From an uncultured Anaerolinea sp. (GTDB taxonomy: Bacteria > Chloroflexota > Anaerolineae > Anaerolineales > Anaerolineaceae): a DNA stretch of 56,996 nt. Numbering within the stretch: the stretch's first letter is position 1; every line of letters begins with the position of its first letter. Made by a program: the position numbers and the translations under genes. This document shows positions 54,422-56,996 of this stretch, piece after piece. The notes under the pieces were generated by a model. That model was given only the letters and a program-made list of their open reading frames with translations, searched no databases and was not told where the DNA came from. The stretch spans positions 1 to 56,996 of the forward strand of contig CAYYBP010000001.1 in assembly GCA_964470275.1 (NCBI GenBank), written 5' to 3'.

Positions 54422-55753
54422 ATGTGCGATACGCTGGTTGCGCTGGGGAATTCGACCGCCGATGGGAACACGATCTTTGGGAAGAATTCGGACCGTGACC
54501 CGAACGAAGCCCACGAGCTCATTCTCATCCCCGCGGCTGAACATCCCGTGAACTCGAAAACAAAGTGCACGTATATTGAAGTTCCGCAGGTTGCTCAAAC
54601 GAACCGTGTATTGCTTGCCAAACCTTTTTGGATCTGGGGAGCGGAGATGGGTTCGAACGAGCACGGGGTGACGATCGGCAACGAAGCGGTCTTCACCAAA
54701 ACACCTTATCAGAAAACCCCCGGTTTGACCGGTATGGACATGTTGAGGCTGGCGTTGGAAAGAACAACCACGGCCACAGCAGCGCTTGAATTGATCATCA
54801 CCCTGCTTGAGGAATATGGACAGGGCGGCAACTGCGGATTTGCCCACAAGATCTACTATCACAACAGTCTTCTGGTCTGCGACCCGCGCGAAGCGTGGGT
54901 GCTTGAAACTTCGGGCAAGGAATGGGCAGCCGAGAAGGTTAAGGATATTCGCAGCATTTCCAACGCCATCACCATCGGTTCTGAGTGGGATATGGCGTCT
55001 TCAAACCTGGTGGACAACGCGCGCAATAACGGGTGGTGTAAACGCGGTGAGGAATTCAGTTTTTCAAAATGTTACTCGGATTTTCTTTACACAAAATTCA
55101 GCGATGCCCGCCACAGGCACACCTGCACCGCTGCTAGTCTCGCGGCGAAGAAGGGCAAACTGACCACCTCCGATTTCATGCAATTTCTGCGCTCCCACAC
55201 CGGCGACGAGGATCCCGATTGGACGCCGGAAAAGGGGATCGCGGGCGCGGATGTCTGCATGCACGCCAGCTGGGGTCCGATCCGCATCAACCAGACGGCT
55301 GGCTCAATGGTATCTGTTCTGTCCAGTGACAAAACCCCTGTACATTTGGTGACCGGTACCGCTGCGCCGTGTACCTCGCTTTTCAAGCCGGTCTGGATCG
55401 ATGCCGGTCTGCCGGATACAGGTAAACCCCCGACAGGAGAATACGACCAGGCGGCGCTCTTCTGGAGGCATGAGGTGGTCCACAGGAATGTTCTGCGCGA
55501 TTACAGCGCGAGAATCGGGGCCATCCGTAAAGACCAGGCTGAATTTGAATCGAAATACCTTCGAATAGTGACAGATCAATCTGGGTCATCAGCAACAGGT
55601 AGAAGCGAGGTCAGCCAGCAAGCGTTTGCGGATGCGGAAAGATTGGAAAACCAGTGGCTTGAGAAATCCAGGACCGAACGGGGCAAAGACCGGACTGGAT
55701 TGCTTTACCGCAATTTCTGGAATCAACTTGATAGAATCGCAAAAATGCAATAA
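54422..55753 (+). CDS. Ntn-hydrolase cysteine peptidase, C69/secernin-like
   Basis: The mature N-terminus would be Cys2 (MCDTLVALGNSTADGNTIFGKNSDRDPNE), as in C69 dipeptidases and secernins. RBS AAGGAG upstream. Confidence 0.7.
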   Translation: MCDTLVALGNSTADGNTIFGKNSDRDPNEAHELILIPAAEHPVNSKTKCTYIEVPQVAQTNRVLLAKPFWIWGAEMGSNEHGVTIGNEAVFTKTPYQKTPGLTGMDMLRLALERTTTATAALELIITLLEEYGQGGNCGFAHKIYYHNSLLVCDPREAWVLETSGKEWAAEKVKDIRSISNAITIGSEWDMASSNLVDNARNNGWCKRGEEFSFSKCYSDFLYTKFSDARHRHTCTAASLAAKKGKLTTSDFMQFLRSHTGDEDPDWTPEKGIAGADVCMHASWGPIRINQTAGSMVSVLSSDKTPVHLVTGTAAPCTSLFKPVWIDAGLPDTGKPPTGEYDQAALFWRHEVVHRNVLRDYSARIGAIRKDQAEFESKYLRIVTDQSGSSATGRSEVSQQAFADAERLENQWLEKSRTERGKDRTGLLYRNFWNQLDRIAKMQ

Positions 55754-55769
55754 AGTTATTTGATACTTG

Positions 55770-56996
55770 ATGATCAAACTGCACTTGTTTAACTCCGCGC
55801 CATATTTTGACACTCCCTACCATCTGATCGGCTGGCTGGGCTGGTTTTTTATGGCTGCTGTCATTTTATGGGTGGTGCGCAACAACCTTGAACCAATCCG
55901 CTCGAAGAAACTCCCGCGTGTTTTTATCTTTTTAGGGGTTGGCGCGGTCATCAGCGCGTTCTTTTTTGGATTTGATCTGCCTTTCATCGCGAATCTTCCT
56001 CTGCCAAACGTCCCTGTCGAAAATCAATCCCCCGCGGTGATGGTCTTCAGCATGATCCCAATCCTGCTGGCGGCGGGCATGCTTGGCGTCTGGCCTGCTG
56101 CGTTGCTGGGGTTTATCAGTGGGATCATCAGCGCTTTGTGGAACACGCACTCGATATTCACCCCGCTTGAGACTTCCGCCCTGGCGTTGATTTTGGCGCT
56201 GGTTCTGCGGCAATCTTACCGTACCCGGATATTTATTTTCATGCGCCGTCCGATCGGTGCAGCGCTAACGGTTTTCGTGCTTTCTGTTCCGCTTTTCCTG
56301 GTCAGCACGTTCTTCAGCACGAACGGGTCGCTTGCAGCCCGGCTTGATTACTCGTTCACCCGATCGTGGATATTGATTTTGGTCAACGGCATCCAATTGT
56401 TGATCGCCGGGCTTGTGTGCGAGCTGCTGAAGGTCAAGGGATCGCCGTATTGGATACAGCAATCCACGCTCAAGCCGTCTCCGATGGAAACGGGCTTGCA
56501 GAACCGCATACTCTATACCGCCATACCGATGGTGCTCGTGCTCATGCTAACCCTGTCGATAGCGGATTGGGTGGTGGCCGGCAAGGCTGCCCGCGACGTT
56601 CTGGTCACACAGCTCGAAAATTCCTCAAAAATCGCGGCGGAAAACATCCCGGCGATCCTCGAAACCGGCCGCAGCCTGGCCACTTCGCTGGTGGATGTGA
56701 ATATTCCGATCAATGAACCGGAACAGTTGACCGCGACGCTGCATGAAAAAATTCGTGAAATCCCGTTTTTCAACCAGTTTTACGTCTTTGATCTTACCGG
56801 CGCGCCGGTCACTGGTTATCCGGTTGCGGATATCAACCAGTTTCGTCTTTCGACAGAGGAAGAGATCGGGATACAGCTTGCGTTGAACGGCGTGCTCGTG
56901 CAGCATTACGTGACGAACCCGCTGCCGGGAGAAGAATCAGCGGTCATCTCGTTCATTACCACCATCCCTGATGAATATGGGCTGGCGAAGGGTGTG
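55770..56996 (+). CDS. Membrane sensor protein, N-terminal 409 codons (multi-TM block plus an extracytoplasmic Cache-like region); C-terminus outside the window
   Basis: Absent from the ORF track (no stop within the window). The frame from ATG 55770 is open to 56996: MIKLHLFNSAPYFDTPYHLIGWLGWFFMAAVILWVV..., about 6 TM helices, then another TM (ILYTAIPMVLVLMLTLSIADWVV) and a soluble segment (FNQFYVFDLTGAPVTGYPV) typical of Cache/sensor domains. Confidence 0.7.
   Translation, partial: MIKLHLFNSAPYFDTPYHLIGWLGWFFMAAVILWVVRNNLEPIRSKKLPRVFIFLGVGAVISAFFFGFDLPFIANLPLPNVPVENQSPAVMVFSMIPILLAAGMLGVWPAALLGFISGIISALWNTHSIFTPLETSALALILALVLRQSYRTRIFIFMRRPIGAALTVFVLSVPLFLVSTFFSTNGSLAARLDYSFTRSWILILVNGIQLLIAGLVCELLKVKGSPYWIQQSTLKPSPMETGLQNRILYTAIPMVLVLMLTLSIADWVVAGKAARDVLVTQLENSSKIAAENIPAILETGRSLATSLVDVNIPINEPEQLTATLHEKIREIPFFNQFYVFDLTGAPVTGYPVADINQFRLSTEEEIGIQLALNGVLVQHYVTNPLPGEESAVISFITTIPDEYGLAKGV

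Overview
Mostly housekeeping chromosomal segment, moderately GC-rich. It is probably from a Chloroflexota (Anaerolineae-like) bacterium. That is an inference from the Chlor_Arch_YYY/DUF2298 membrane proteins, the mevalonate kinase + isopentenyl-phosphate kinase pair, the Thr/Pro-rich linkers in exported proteins and a multi-GAF signalling protein. I support about 50 CDS and one tRNA-Leu(CAG). I saw no rRNA, CRISPR array, transposase or prophage genes. All family names come from reading the translated ORFs by eye and from memory; no searches were run.

Gene content:
- 1-9.5 kb: eno (partial, at the window edge), a TagF-like GT-B protein, pyrG, an S1-domain protein, a HAD / small TM / CtpA unit, mutL and a sirtuin.
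- 9.5-14.9 kb: a receiver + ParA-like protein, tilS, a degenerate XerD-like protein, an LCP protein, tRNA-Leu and an FtsB-like protein.
- 14.9-25 kb: a STAS / RsbW-like kinase / 6xGAF-PP2C partner-switching operon, a LysM protein, queG, an NBR1-like lipoprotein, a frameshifted DUF1015-like gene and a DegV protein.
- 25.3-33.7 kb: a plus-strand run of ffh, rpsP, KH protein, rimM, dprA, manC-like, topA and an unknown membrane protein.
- 33.8-38.1 kb: a minus-strand run of UbiA(DPPR-synthase-like), mvk, ipk, dgt and greA.
- 38.1-54.3 kb: tlyA, then a tightly coupled plus-strand run from lepA to cmk.
- 54.4-57 kb: a secernin-like Ntn peptidase and a partial membrane sensor.

Best candidate for an undescribed system (40.8-53.6 kb): the lepA-to-cmk run encloses a UPF0104 flippase-like protein, an SDR epimerase, a GT4 glycosyltransferase and three huge polytopic proteins of 1777, 858 and 562 aa. 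The 1777-aa protein looks like a fusion of the two component types that follow it as separate genes. Together with the nearby DPPR-synthase-like UbiA and the Thr/Pro-rich exported proteins, this suggests an uncharacterised extracytoplasmic glycosylation pathway that uses polyprenyl-phosphate sugars.

Secondary oddities:
- a tyrosine-recombinase-like protein lacking most of the catalytic residues, including the Tyr nucleophile
- a receiver-ParA protein with a degenerate P-loop, coupled to a sirtuin
- a sigma-less partner-switching module with a six-GAF phosphatase
- an N-terminal zinc ribbon fused to TopA
- a frameshift in the DUF1015-like gene
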